A stretch of 64,000 nt of DNA from Rhizophagus irregularis (taxonomy: Eukaryota). Both the position numbers and the translations under genes were made by a program. The stretch lies in NCBI RefSeq assembly GCF_026210795.1, contig NC_089434.1:1922001-1986000 (forward strand), in the 5' to 3' direction. Positions 40,704 to 54,746 of the stretch are shown here, piece by piece. The notes beneath the pieces are model-generated. The model was not told where the DNA came from. It ran no database searches and worked only from the letters and a program-made list of their open reading frames with translations. The first letter of the stretch is position 1. Each line of letters starts with the position of its first letter.

Positions 40704-41989
40704 AATCACGTGAAGCAAACGTTGTAATTCTTCAGATTTAATAGAACTTAGGGGCAAAAAGCGTCAAAAGCGAGTTTAACTCATGAAAATCTAGAATAGT
40801 AATAGTGAGCGAGAAAAAAAAGTGAACATGTTATTTGAAAATTTATTTAGAAAATAATCTCTGAGTTTTGCTAACTTGCCTCTGGGTTAAATAACCTGGG
40901 TTAAATCACCCAAAATTTATATTTTACATCAATATTTTTTTTTTAAAAAAAAAAATTATTTGTGTTATTATTCATTTCAATTTATATAGATTTTATTTAT
41001 TTGGATATTATAGAGTATAATGACCAATTTTTCTTATATTTTTGATAATGTCTCTCGTTTTTTATTGTAATCATAATTTACATTTTTTTATTTGAAAGTT
41101 TGGGCAAAATTATATAATTATATAAATTTTACTAGTAGGTTAAATCACCAGGTTAAATCACCCTGTAAAATTAGTCTTATACATAATTTTAATTTAAAAA
41201 ATTTTAAATTTAATACATTAAAAAAATTTAAGATTTACTAAAATAAATGGTTTGAAAATTTATTAAATAATTTTTTAAATTTTAATACGTTAAAAAAATT
41301 TGATCGACATCTGCATAACATGAAAAAATTAGTTTGTGCGACACCTGCGACACCCTAACACCGTAGCCAGAAGCCAGTGATACACTGGTATGTTATTAAT
41401 TTTCCAACTTTTTTTCGTTATATAATATTAATGTCCATTTAATCCTTATTTTAGTGTGTAACGTTACCATTTTTAGTCACTTGATCGAACTAATAAATGT
41501 TTTGATACTTTAGATCCGGATATTTCCGATCTTCGTGATCTTATCCACATCGAATCATTTTAAAATAATATTTTATTGAAAAATCAATTACATTACATAC
41601 GTAAGAAAATTACAATTTATATAAAATTCAGATTTTGCGATTTTGCCGAAAAAAGAAATAAGCCTGCATAATTAAAATTCAGATTTTATAGAAAAAAAGA
41701 AACTTGCGTATTTAAAAATTCAGATTTTTGCCGAAATAAGAAATAGTAGATTTATCGTATTTAAAAATTAGAAGTTTAGATTTTGTAGGAAAAAAAAAAT
41801 TTTTTGTTACGTTTAAGTTAAAAAGTATTATAACCAATTCGATAGTTACTATTAAAAAAGAATGTTCGTGAAATATGAAAATGTTACATAATTAAAAAAA
41901 TAAATGCAAAAAAAAAAATGCAAGAAAAAAATGATTTAAAATATAACATAATAAATGTATCAAAATATCCAAATTGATTAACCTCCAAT

Positions 41990-42301
41990 TTAATTATTAA
42001 TCCTTAAACTTATTTGATTACATAGATCGATATATATTATTCTATTATTTCTGGTCGTAGAATTCCATAACTCTCTTATAATCTTATCAATAACGCACTG
42101 TTTATATGTCTGTTGCGCTTGTTTTTTGATAAAAAAATTCAATAGCACGGGATACTTTATGTGAACTTTTCTGCGAGACGGTTTTCGTTTAAATAACTTG
42201 ACAATATTTTCAAAGTCGTTAATAGGAGGCGGAAAAATTTGAATTCTAGTAACTTCTTGACGTAGCATTTCAAGTTCCCGACTGATAGTCATATTATTCA
42301 T
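41990..42301 (-). CDS. Small divergent HMG-box-like (MATA-HMG-like) protein, copy 1
   Basis: Intronless 103-aa ORF: FPPPIN..basic patch..LNFFIKK..VIDKIIRELWNS..RIIYIDLC fits HMG helices 1-3. The paralog at 51389-51718 keeps the same frame. Confidence 0.65.
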   Translation of the reverse strand: MNNMTISRELEMLRQEVTRIQIFPPPINDFENIVKLFKRKPSRRKVHIKYPVLLNFFIKKQAQQTYKQCVIDKIIRELWNSTTRNNRIIYIDLCNQISLRINN

Positions 42302-44935
42302 TTTTTTTTATTTTTTATTTTTCAATTTTGGATTTTTTTTTGTAATTTTATTTTATGAACGAACCAAAAGGTTATAAGAGGCTTAAGAAAATTTTTTGAC
42401 AATTTTATAAAGATTTTTTGCCATTTTATAAAGATTTTTTATCTGTTATGATAATAATTTACTAATTTACACAAATAAAACGTGAGCATGATGATATCAC
42501 TTTAAAGGAAATATAAGTGGTTCCTTTAACAACGGAGTTAAGACTTGTGATTTAAATTAAATATCAAGCTAAAATACCCGAAATGCGCAATAAGGCGACA
42601 TTTTACATTCCGGATTTTACCGATTAAGCAACAATCACTTGACGCATGTGCCATTGAAATGATATACACTATTTAAATAAGTTTTTGTATATTGTTTTTA
42701 TGATTATTTGTTTATAGAATTATAGAATTATTTTCCATTTGCTATAGATAACAAGTTTACATATCGGTTGACTTTCTCTCAAAATATTGATTAGTTCTCT
42801 GCTTTGGTTGAAAGCCGTGTGACAAACTTGGTTTTTTTTTTATGATGTAAGAATCCTAGTCAAATAAAAATCATGCATAATATTTGATATGTTTGACATG
42901 TTTAGCACAAATATTTATGTCTTGTGATGTCCTGTGATGTCACTCAAGGGAAAAAAATTTTTTTTTAGTATGACGTTTGATTATTTTTTCTTTTTTTTTG
43001 TGAAACCCGATTTTCGAAAGAAAACTCTGAGGCACTAAAATAAGCAATGAGAGAACGAATTTTATTTATAGAATACAGACGAATACTAATGTAATACTAG
43101 TACCCCCTGATCTACTAAATACTCTGATTATAACTAATAACCTATTGTGGCTTATTACGGTATTTATTTATTTCATGTTCCCTTTTTTTTACAAAATCAA
43201 TTCGATAAAATTAACTTTAATCGCTTATATTTGTGCAGTTTATTATTTATATTATAATAATTGTCGTTCAGGTATATATGATCATAACATACTAATATTT
43301 ATAAGTGTATATATAATAAAATTCGTATGAAATTCATTTTATTCACATTAAATGTAATATTACAATTCTGAAAAACATTTCCATGGAGAATTTTTTAATG
43401 GTCTCATTTAAATGTTATGATCAGTTCCAAACAATAATATATAATTATCTTATTATTCATCGACTTACGGCTTACGCCGGTTACCTAAATATCGGGCCAT
43501 GGCTAAATGCTGATCCGTTACATCCAATTATTTTCATTTCTGTGACATGGACGATAAATAAAAAAAAAATTAAATATTTTTTTTTAAAAAAAAGTAATTT
43601 AAATATTTTAATCGTAAATATATCATATAGTAATTTTAAAAGATTTTCTTTAACCACTTTATTCCAACTTCTTTACGTAGTCGGATATCGACCTTCTCTA
43701 TTTCTCTATCCGATAACTACTATTAATTCTAGGAAATGGATACTTTAGTTAATTTTAATTTTAATATTTCTATTCCATGATTAGTAAATAAATGAAACTA
43801 AATTGAATAAATGTCGAAAAGATGTAAGAATTCGGAGTATATTGTAAGTAGTATTTACTTATTGTGTAAACTTATATTGTGTAAGTTGTAGTGCAAATAA
43901 TATTATTTAAATAACAAGGGTATACTGTAGTTTTGTTATTTGCTATTTATTATTTCCATTATTATTATTCATTTATTTACTTTTGATTAAACAAAGCAAT
44001 ATATATAAATAAATAATTAGATAACGTCATCTGATTTGTTAGTTGTATTGAGCAAAAAAAACAAATTTCGATTTTCGTATCACTTAATCCTTATTTGGTA
44101 AGAAAAAAATTTGAATACTACAAATATTACAATTACCACAATACCACAAAGTTCACAACAACTAAAATTTATGATTTATAGTACAAAAATTTTGCTTTGA
44201 TTACACGACAATTTATTTTGGTTACTTAAGGTATGATCGGATTTACAGATTAACCTTACTTTTTTCGTCGACCAATATAAGCCTTTTATTTTAAATTTTT
44301 ATATATATATTAAAATTTTCTTAAAAAATATTTCAAATTTTCTATTTTTAATATTGTGTCAAATGTATGTGTGTTCAATGAGAATATGAATCAAAACATT
44401 AATTTTTTATTGGTTCGAAACTTTTTTCTAAATATATTTAATGTATTTGATTATTTGATTATACATTTTTACCTTTTTAACCTTATTCAATGACGAAAAA
44501 AATGTTTAGATCAAATAGATAAAAAAAAATGTAGAATGTTTATATTTTATATATATATTATATATTTATATATTTATATATGATTTATATTGAACACATG
44601 AATATGATCACGAACAACTTTTTCCTTGACTATTACTCTATATTAGTAAATGAAATGTAAAACCTGTTATATATGTACATACATAATACATACATATGTA
44701 TTTTTTATTTTTATTTTTTTTGATTGATAGATAAAATCGAGAGATTATCAATTCTTTGTTCAATTTGAAATATTAAAATATTTTCTATTATGTCAAGTGT
44801 TGGTTGTATGGTTGTTCTTTGTAATAAAACTTTAAAGAATTTAATAAAAACTTTTTAGCCACAATAATGGCTGAAAAACAATCCCATTTAAAGATTATCA
44901 TTAATTTACCTTTTTTTTTTTACGTTACCCAAGCC

Positions 44936-45488
44936 GCAAAAATTACTTTCTTGATTCTCCTCGTATTACTTTCTTGACTTGATCAAAATATGCATGATTA
45001 TGTATGACAAAAATGTTCTTTTCTTGACCTGCAAAAAACATTAACGCGTTGTTATTTTTCTTATTTTCATAATTTTTCAAGAGATATACACAAAGATTAA
45101 ATTTTTTTATCATTAATGATTAAATGACAAAATAATTTATTTTTTTTATTTTAATATTTTAATATTTAGTTTTATGCTAGTATTTATTACCTAATTAATG
45201 TATTTCTCTTAAATGTAATCTTTTTATCAGCTATCTTTTGTAAATAAAATAAAATTATTTTAATTTTATCAATATTGTAGAAATAAAAAAGTATTGACCA
45301 TGCTCGCAACTCGCAAAAGACAGATTGCACGCTATTTTTGTTAAATATAAATAAAAAATAAAATTTCTTTTTTGTTTATCACAATCGCGTTTCAGGTCAA
45401 GAAAGGAACATTTTTGTCATACATAATCATGCATATTTTGACTGGGTCAAGAAAGTAATGCGAGAAGGGTCAAGAAGGTAATTTTTGC
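44936..45488. mobile_element. Mutator-like (MULE) MITE
   Basis: ~100-bp TIRs (gcaaaaattac...cttgacctg / caggtcaag...gtaatttttgc); perfect 9-bp TSD acccaagcc at 44927-44935 and 45489-45497. Confidence 0.9.
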
Positions 45489-45669
45489 ACCCAAGCCAGT
45501 TACTTTAAATTATAATAAAAAAATTTTTTTTTTTTTATGTGTTTATTTAAAAATGTTGAAAATAATTGAAAAGGTGTAGTTGAAAGATGATGGTACCCTA
45601 CCCTATGCAAATATGTAATTGTAGAAATTTACGATAACATATGATTAGTTACTCAATTATAAAAAAAAT

Positions 45670-46830
45670 TCATATCGTCGACCTCTTGCGATAAAGAATT
45701 TGCGGAACTCATTAAAACATAACTTTTGATAACTTACGATATTCTATTGTAAAGAATTCGTAACGTCAGAACTCGACCAGGTGAATTAAACTTTAATTCG
45801 CAACGTCGACCATAACTTTCGATATCTTGCATTAACTACTATGACTTATTTTATCACAGAGTCGACCAAGTTATCCAGTTATAAGGAATTCGTAGCGTCG
45901 ACCAGAAAAAAAAATAAAGGAATTCGTAAAAAGAGGCACCAGTAAAACCTTGTAAATTTGATGACTTGCGAATTGCGATATATGACTTATTCTATCGCAG
46001 AGCCGACTTCGTAAAAAGAGGCGGAACCGACCAGGTGAATTAAAAAACCTTATTACTTTTAATAACTTGCGATAACTTTCGTTAATTAATTCAATTATTC
46101 ATTTATAAGAAATTCGTAAAAATGGGCGGAGCGGTTAAGAAAAGGTAGCGCAGACCAAAAAAATATTGAACCCTTTTGAAAAGCGCTCCAACAATTTTTA
46201 TTTCAAAATATATACACCAAAGGTGATAAATCAATTAAAGATATTGGTATTACTGTATCTTGAATAATTTTATTTTATGCCCTCCAAGTATTATCCATGT
46301 TTCATTGTTTCAAGTATGTTCACGTTAAAGTATACCCACGCCCAATTTTATTCACACCCAAGTATATTCACACCAATGTTCACGCCATGTTCACGCAAAG
46401 TACGTTCACGTCAATGCCAATGATGAATGGTTTTACTAAAGTGATTACCCCTTTTTACACCGGCGTAGATCTTTTTTTCGATCTCATGGGCCAATTTACG
46501 AAAAATATTTTAATTTTAATAATAATAAAGAGAATATTTCTAATCGTAGTGTGCGTATGAGGTAATCGTAGCGTGCGTATGAGATAATTTAGTGTGCGCA
46601 AGAGATAATTTAAAGAAGTAATTTAACGTCCCCTATAAAAAATTCTGGAAAAAACTCCGATAAATGATCATTTTTCTAGTTTTCATTCCGAAGAAACTCA
46701 GACACGTAATCATTTTTCTGAAAAATTTTTTATAGAGCGTACATAAGAGATAATTCAAAGAAGTAATTTAACTTGCGTTAAGAAGTAATTTAGCCTGCGT
46801 AAGAGGGTAATTAGATGGAGTAGCGTTTAT
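45670..46830. repeat. Degenerate short-motif repeat region
   Basis: Recurrent gaattcgta/gtcgacca (45670-46160), tgttcacg (46300-46410) and agataattt/agtgtgcg (46545-46830) motifs. Confidence 0.5.
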
Positions 46831-48449
46831 AATTTTTATAATTTAATTAGTTTAATTAATTTAATTCGCATTTTTTTAAAAAAAAAATAGGGATATTCAA
46901 AAAAAAGGATTATTTAAAAAAAAAACTGATGGAATATAATGGAATATAATGAATAAAGAAGTTAATTTTTAACGTACATAAAAGATAATTAGATGGTGTG
47001 TAGTGTGAAAAAATTATGTTAGCAAGATAAAATAAGTTAAACAGAAAATATAAAAATAGTAAAATAATAACAAAAATTTTATTTTGTTTAACATAAAATA
47101 TTATTCGATTATACGTTATTTACTTTATTATTTTTAAAAAAGGTTATACATATTTTAAATGTTTTCTAGATATAGTATAATAATGAAGTTTTATAATTAT
47201 GTAAACATTAAGGTAACGTAACAAAATTTTTAAAAAATGAAAAAATGAAAAAATGAAATCACGTGAATGTATCAGATGATTAAGTTTATTAACCGGTGTA
47301 ACTGTTGATAAATTTAAAATATTTTTCAGGTTAGCTGCGAATTTATATATGCAAAATTATCGTCAATTGTTTTACCATAAACTTCAAAATTAGAGGTTGA
47401 AATCTGTCAATCAGATAATGTAAAGTATTACGATTAACCACCTAAAACTTTTGATCATAATTTTGGTGAGATTTATAGTATAATGCACGCCAATTGCTGC
47501 CAAATTCGAAATTTTTTAAATATAATATGTAATAAAATCAAATCGACACAATTTGCAATCAAAAAGTTTCTAAAACATCTTTTTTTTAGTATTAACCGAT
47601 TAATTAATTGGTTAAACACTTTGGTTAACCGGTTTTTAACTAGTTAAGGTTTTTTTGGACGATTCCAATTTCTATTCAAAATACACATATGATTCATAAT
47701 ATGTAAAAATTTAATTGAGTAAATAAAAACATAGTTACATAGTGAAATCCATCCATGCTTTAAATCTGTTCTGAACCCAAATAATAACAGATAATTTTCT
47801 GGATGCATCATCCATCACGGATAAATCCAGATTAATTCGTCAGCAGGTCCGTCATTAAACATTGGTATATAGTAAGAGAACAATACTCATATTTATAGGT
47901 TAAAAAAAAATCGCAAATGTGGAATCGCGTAATTATCAATGCTGCCCAGTACTACCGATGCGCCTGGACTTTCGGATAGTATAATTTAATCCAATACGGA
48001 TAATGGATAAATTTGTTTTCAATTACTAATATTATCAATTTGATGTCCATTTTTATTAAAAAAAAAACGTAAAATGAGAATATTATTGTGATTTTCAGTC
48101 CAAAATTATTAAAATTTATTGAAAAATTTATTGAAATTGAGGTATGAATGATGAGATCATCAAAACAAATGATCATTGATTTTTTTTTATTTTTCTTTTC
48201 ACAACTGCGCAACTGCGCAACAGTGATTGACTCATTTTATATAAATACTCATGAGTGATTTTTTACTGATGAATTAATTTTTTACTAATAAGCCTGCTGA
48301 TCTGGAAAAAAAAATCGGTATAATATCAAATAGAAATTTTTTTGTAGGTATCAGATTTTTTATTTAATTTTTAGTTATTAAATATTGAAACTTTTTCGGA
48401 TCTAATATAAGGTATTAGTACTCTAAATACATTTGATCTACGACCTGAT

Positions 48450-48693
48450 TATACATTTAGCCGGAATTTTCCGAAAATATAGCTGAATCCGAAAGGTTCG
48501 AAAATCGAAATTATTTGGTAATTCCGACCAAATTTGTGGTACCGGCCAGAATTATAAATCTCGTGACATCGGATAAAAGTGGCCAGATAATTTCGGCTTG
48601 GATTTCGACTTTCGGCAGAGTTTCAGTTGAATGACTGGCCGAGATCGAAACTTGAAATTATGCCGAAATTACTGAGGTTCGGCAACATGTATA
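48450..48693. mobile_element. hAT-like MITE inside the pseudogene exon
   Basis: Imperfect TIR tatacatttagccg...cggcaacatgtata; 8-bp TSD gacctgat at 48442-48449 and 48694-48701. The empty site tacctgat is at 37681. Confidence 0.85.
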
Positions 48694-48810
48694 GACCTGA
48701 TGCTACGGCAATTTTTTTTTTTTTTGATAAGCAAGAAGTCTGTCAATTTAATATTTTTGCTAATGTACAAAGATACTATAAGTAAAAATTATTAAGTATT
48801 AATCTAATTT

Positions 48811-49389
48811 GGTTACAGTTCATTTCACCGAAACCCATTTCGCCGTAGCCATTTCGCCATAGTGATGTTTCATCGAAAGGACGTTTCGCCGAAAGTGTAT
48901 TTTATCGAATTCATTTCACCGAATCATTCATTTCACCGAATTTCATTTTGCCAAATGGACATTTCGTAGCGATTAACAATTTTTATAAAAAATATTCATC
49001 ACGCAATGAAAATAAAAATTAAATTAATTTTAGAGATTTTTTTTTCCAGGATATTATTTCTTCAAGTAACTAATATTAATTGTTAAGCAATAAATAAATA
49101 ACTTTATTTCCTGAAAACATTTATTCACGAAAAAAATAAGTAAAAAAAAGATCAACATACTGTATATTATAAACAACGAAGTAAAATTTAATAAAAATCA
49201 GCTAACTCAAAATTTATCTAGAAATGATTTCTTTATATATTTATTATAAAAACAAATAAAATAACCAAATGGAATAAAGCGAAATGTCCATTCGACGAAA
49301 TGTTCCATTCGATAAAATGGCTTCGGCGAAATGGAATTCAGAGAAATGGGGTTTCGGTGAAATGGACTTTGGCGAAAAGTTCAAATACC
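48811..49389. mobile_element. MULE-like MITE inside the pseudogene intron
   Basis: GG...CC ends with inverted arrays of catttc(a/g)ccgaa; 9-bp TSD atctaattt / atttaattt (one mismatch). Confidence 0.7.
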
Positions 49390-51388
49390 ATTTAATTTAA
49401 TTTATTTAAACAAAGTTAATTAATTCATTAAAAGTTAATATATTACCAAATCACGATGAATATAATACGTTCATATAAACATAATATAGCATCGTCAGCT
49501 ATAACGCTAAACTTCTCGTTCAGGTTCATTAAAAATGATCGTTTAAATAAGTTTTTAATTTTTAATGTGTCCTCCATTAGTATATTCCAAAACTAAAGCA
49601 TAACTAGTATTTTTTTCCTGAAATAAAAATTTGACATTTTTTTTTTTTAAAAAAAAAATATAATTATTTTAATAAATTACATATTATATCTTGTCGTTGT
49701 GATTCCATAGTATTTTATTATATTCGCATTAATATGAACATGCAATTATTAAGCAAACAAAGTAGAAGATTAAATTATAAATATAAATTACAAATTAATT
49801 TAATTAGGAGCACCTTAAAAAAAAATAAAAAAATTTAAATATCTGACAATTTAAGAATCAGATTTAAATTATTAGAATAAAATTATATCGGTATTTTTCC
49901 AATTAGCACGAACGACCTTATTTTCCAAAATGAACCATTTTCCTTTTTAAAATTATTATAAATATTCAGAATTCGATGTAATAATTGAAATGTTAACCTC
50001 CTTTTTTTTGTCAATATTTAAAAAACAATTGTTTTATTTACGTGTTACAATTAAATCATTTATTTGCTTTATTCATAGTACATACATTGATGGCATCACT
50101 TTCGCCGATCAGGATCATTATAAAGAATTCCATGCGACAATAATTTGTGTCACACTTCCTTTTACAGATGTGGCTTTTACAATCATATGTTTTGGTTCAC
50201 ATAATAGTGGTCTGATATTATTTTATTATAAAATTCAGTATCACAATTCGCAAATGTTTCTGTGTTAGTAATACTATAGTATATGAAATTTTAGTTTCTA
50301 GTAAACAAATTTTTTTTTCGATGTCAAATAATACTTTGGATCATCCTTTCCAAATAACAAATATGATTAGACATTTTTTGCGTTATATCCGAATATGTCG
50401 GTAATTGATACAAACATATGATTCATAATTAATAAATCGGCCGATGTTGATGCACAAGGGTTACCTACAAATTTAGATTAGATTTGTGATCAAAAATCCA
50501 ATCTAATCCAAATCAAATTCGGAATATGTTGAAATATATTATTATTATAATTATTTTTCAGCGCCTCTAAGAAAATCAATTGGTTCTTTATTATGCAAAA
50601 TTATATAATATGCAAATGTACAAAATATACAATAACAAAAAGATATTCTTGACTTGATAAACGCACAAACGCTAAAGAATTTTAGTACCTTTACGTATAA
50701 TGATCTATAAAGGAGTTATCTTTGGTTTTTTTTAATTAGTAACACGCATTTCTTTATTAACAGTTAACGTAACGCATAATACAAAATTACACTTAAAAAA
50801 GAAAAAAAAACAAAGAAAATGCATAGATTGTATTAATTCTCTAACTTTCGTTAAAGTGTCGTGCATTTTTCTTTTTAGTGTAACGTTACCATTTTTTGTC
50901 ACTTGATCGAGCCATACATTTTTGAATAAATTTTTATTTGTTTTATTTGTTTGTAAAATTTCTTACGCCGGGTAATTCCGTAACCTGGGGAAACATCGCA
51001 GTTAATGCATAATTATAATTTTCAAAAATATTAAAATATCACATTTTATTATAAAATTCAATCGTATCACTTTACAAAAGAAAATCACAAATTAAAAAAA
51101 GTTAGATTTTGCCGAATTTACATGTTTAAAAGTTCAGTTTTGTCGAAAAGGGGAGGAAAATTACGAAAATTACGTTTTAAATATTCAGATTTTGCCGAAA
51201 AAAAAAAAAAATATTAAAATAAAATAATATTATTATAACTAATTCGATAGTTATCAATGTTTGTCTATAAATGAAATAAAAAAGAGGAGAATTTATAAAA
51301 AAAAAATTGTTCATATAAGAAAATATTTTTATAATAAAATAATATTATATCATAGCATAGTTTTGTTTTCTTATCAAGTCCAAATTTT

Positions 51389-51718
51389 TCAACCTCCAAT
51401 TCTACTATTAATCCTTGAATTTATTTGTTTACATAGTTCTTTATATATAATTTTATTGTTTGCAGTTGTAGAATTCCATAACTCTCTTACAACCTTATCT
51501 ACAACGCACTTTTTGTATATCCTTTGAGCTTGCTTCTTGATAAAAAAATTTAATAGCGTGAGAGACATTATGTGAACTTTTCTGCGAGACGGCTTTGGTT
51601 TAAATGACTTAACAGTATCTTCAAAATCTTTAGGATTGTTTATAGGAGGCGGAAAAAGTTGCATTCCATTGGCAACTTCATGGTGTAACATTTGAACTTC
51701 TTGATTTAAAGACGACAT
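51389..51718 (-). CDS. Small divergent HMG-box-like protein, copy 2
   Basis: 109-aa ORF homologous to 41990-42301 (FPPPIN, KPSRRKVHI, LLNFFIKKQAQ, VVDKVVRELWNSTT). Confidence 0.65.
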   Translation of the reverse strand: MSSLNQEVQMLHHEVANGMQLFPPPINNPKDFEDTVKSFKPKPSRRKVHIMSLTLLNFFIKKQAQRIYKKCVVDKVVRELWNSTTANNKIIYKELCKQINSRINSRIGG

Positions 51719-54700
51719 TATTAATTTTTTTTTTTTTTTTTTTTTATAAAAAAGAGAGAATTATTTTTGTATTTTTTTTGTATTTTTATTTTTATGAACA
51801 ATATGAATCATAAGGTTAAAGAGAAAGTGAAGTTCAAGAAAATTTCTACCCATTTTATAAAGATTTTTTGCAAAGTAAATTCGTTATGATATAATATACA
51901 CAAAATAAAACACGGTGATAATAAGGCATGATGAATGTCACAAGCGTCAAGTGACTCACTTCAAAAAGTTAAACTCGGGGTTAAGTCTTGTGATTTAAAT
52001 TAATCTTAACGAATTACGCAATAGAGTGGCGTTTATGTTCCGAACTTTACCGATTACATGTAGGTTGATTTTTTCTCTCATAATATTGATTATTTCGCTT
52101 CTCGGTTGAAAGTTGTGTAACAAAAGTTGTTTTACCTAAAAATTAACGTATTTAAGATTTAGATTTCTTATGCAACATAAAAACGTAGAATATTTTGACA
52201 CCTTGGCATGTTTAGCCACCTGGTATAAATATTTATATCGTGTGATGTCACATAACCAAAAAATTTGTGATTATAAATCTTTATTTATTATTTCGATCAG
52301 ATTTAGAAATTATTTTTTATTTTTTTTTTTATGAAATTTAACATGATAGGCTCATTTACAATGAGCGAACGAATTTATTTATTATTACTTTATATGGAAC
52401 ACTGATGTCCTCCTGATGTAAATACTCTGATTATAGCCCCTAGTGTCTAGAATGTGGCTAATTATTGATTTGTTTCATAATCTCTTATTTTTACGAACAT
52501 CATCGAGATAATCCTATTTTTTTTTTTTACGAACATAATTGGAACAAAGAACCAATTCGATAAACTCGCTTATATTTATGCATTAGTTTATTCATTATAA
52601 TAGTAATTGTTTTGGATTAATAATCATTATTCCTATTGTTCCGGCTTATTCCGGTTGATCCAAATACCAACTAATTTTGATTTCTGTGTGACAATTGTGT
52701 CATGTTCGAAAATTTTTTTTTTTTAAAAAAAAAGAAATTTTAGTATTTCATTTACAAATATATTCAAATAATAATTAATTTTCTAACGAATCTCGTTCCT
52801 TTAAATGATTTTCTTTGTCCACTTTACTCCCAACTTTATGTAAGTCGGTTTATACGCTAGCAAAAAAACTTTATCCTGTAATATTAATAGTTACTATTAA
52901 TAGGACATCAAACTTTTACAACCCTATAAGACAGACTATCGTCTTTTTTAATGATAATGAGTTTAGTACATTATTAAAACACTTAATATTTTTTTATCTT
53001 TAATTTTATTTCCTTTTTTAATTTACCGTTCAAACATTTTATAATATAATACTTTCATTAAACAGTAATATAAATAAAATTTATTAATATTATCTTAGGA
53101 TGACTAAAAAAAAAAGATTTGATTTTTAAAACAATTTCAAATTTTAAAAATGTTTCAATATATACATTTTATCAAATCGATATAAATACAGTAATCTGAT
53201 ATCTTTGATAAGTTTGGATTAATATAATTATATCTAAGGATTTATATCAATTTTTTTATTTTATTTTTATTTTTATCGATAGTAGAACCTATGTCCAGTA
53301 CAAACCATAAATACATAGTAAATAAGTACTTAAAGCAGAATATAAAAACTGAGATAAGCCTGCATAAGCGATTAAGAGACCGTCTCGTCCACTGATGAAA
53401 ATGTCCTATGTTTATAATTAAATTTATTAAATTTGAACATTATAAATATATATACTGTATTATTGGTTGGAAAGTAGCTATATAGGTCACGAGACAGAAT
53501 GATTGGCTGAAAATGAGCCACGTAAACTATAAAGTTTGTTATCGTACTGACGCTTTTTGATCACGCTGTATTTTCATTAATTATAACATTAGAAATATCT
53601 AATAAGCTTTACATAAATTTTCTATAAATTTTCAGTTTCATTCTATTCTAATCCACTTTATAAATTTTATATAAACTTTCCCTTATTATTATGCTTAATA
53701 AAAAATATCGGTCTAAATAAATCTGCATGATTTCATTTTACAATGATAAAATCATGTATTATGATATCATGTACACATATCTAATATGGTTATTTCAACA
53801 AACTACACATTTACACATTATTCCATTTTAAAAAAGTTTAAATCGAATTTTTAAAAAAATATTATTTTTTAATTCAACATACCAAAAATTATAATCGTCC
53901 ACGTGCTACAAAAAGTACAAGAATCAACGAAAATCATATCATCATTTTAAAATGTCGAAGAACAGATATTGTTTGTTTATTATTTTGACTCAAAGTGTCT
54001 TAAGTGAAAATGAAATTTCTATTTTATTTATTTTATTTCACATAAAATTGTAAGCTATTTTTTTAACTCTTTTAATTGTAACGTAAAATACTCAATTTTA
54101 CATTATTAATATTAATTCAAAATTTAATGTCCGCCTATAATATTATTCGATTAATTATTAAATATTATGAGTTTTACCGTACAATATTATCAGTCAGTCA
54201 AATTCAAACTCTTTCAGAAATTTAAATGGCAATATTATCAAATTTCTTTTTTTCTAAAAATTAATCAAGAGAATTCGGGGATTTCATTTGTTTATTTACT
54301 GTATCACCATTTAATGTGTATTAACTGTAAAATAACATTATTGAAAAGTAATGCAACATTTACTTAGGTTAAAAATAATGCAAAAACATTTCCGATTGAC
54401 TATCCATTCCATAAGTGTCATTATCATACTTAAGTAATATTTATAAAATTATGCCATTGTTGTCTTATAAAATACAACTTCATGCTCGTTTTCTCTTTTT
54501 TTTTATAATATGATTGGATTTTTTTAATAAAAAAAAACTTATCAAGACTTATCATACTGTAACTATTTTATATCTTTGATCTGCATGACTTACGTCATAT
54601 TTCTTAAATTTTATGTTGTATTACTTTCACAAATTTTGAAATTTTGTGTAATTTGCGTTCATATTTATAGTTACACGGTTAGTTTTTTTTTTAAAAAAAA

Positions 54701-54746
54701 AAATATATTTTTTTCGAAATAAATATTTTTTGTACAAAATTTTATT

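Larger units (their letters stand above)
48345..50010 (-). pseudogene. Degraded duplicate of the kinase part of the kinase-SEL1 gene, interrupted by two MITEs
   Basis: Collinear matches: 48395-48449 to 37635-37688; 48700-48770 to 37688-37750; 49445-49600 to 37847-38010; 49880-49950 to 38340-38392. Many indels. Confidence 0.85.

Noticed and set aside
40740..41365. Additional TIR-like ends (ggttaaatcacc repeats, gacacccta)
   Set aside because: No matching partner terminus or TSD was found.
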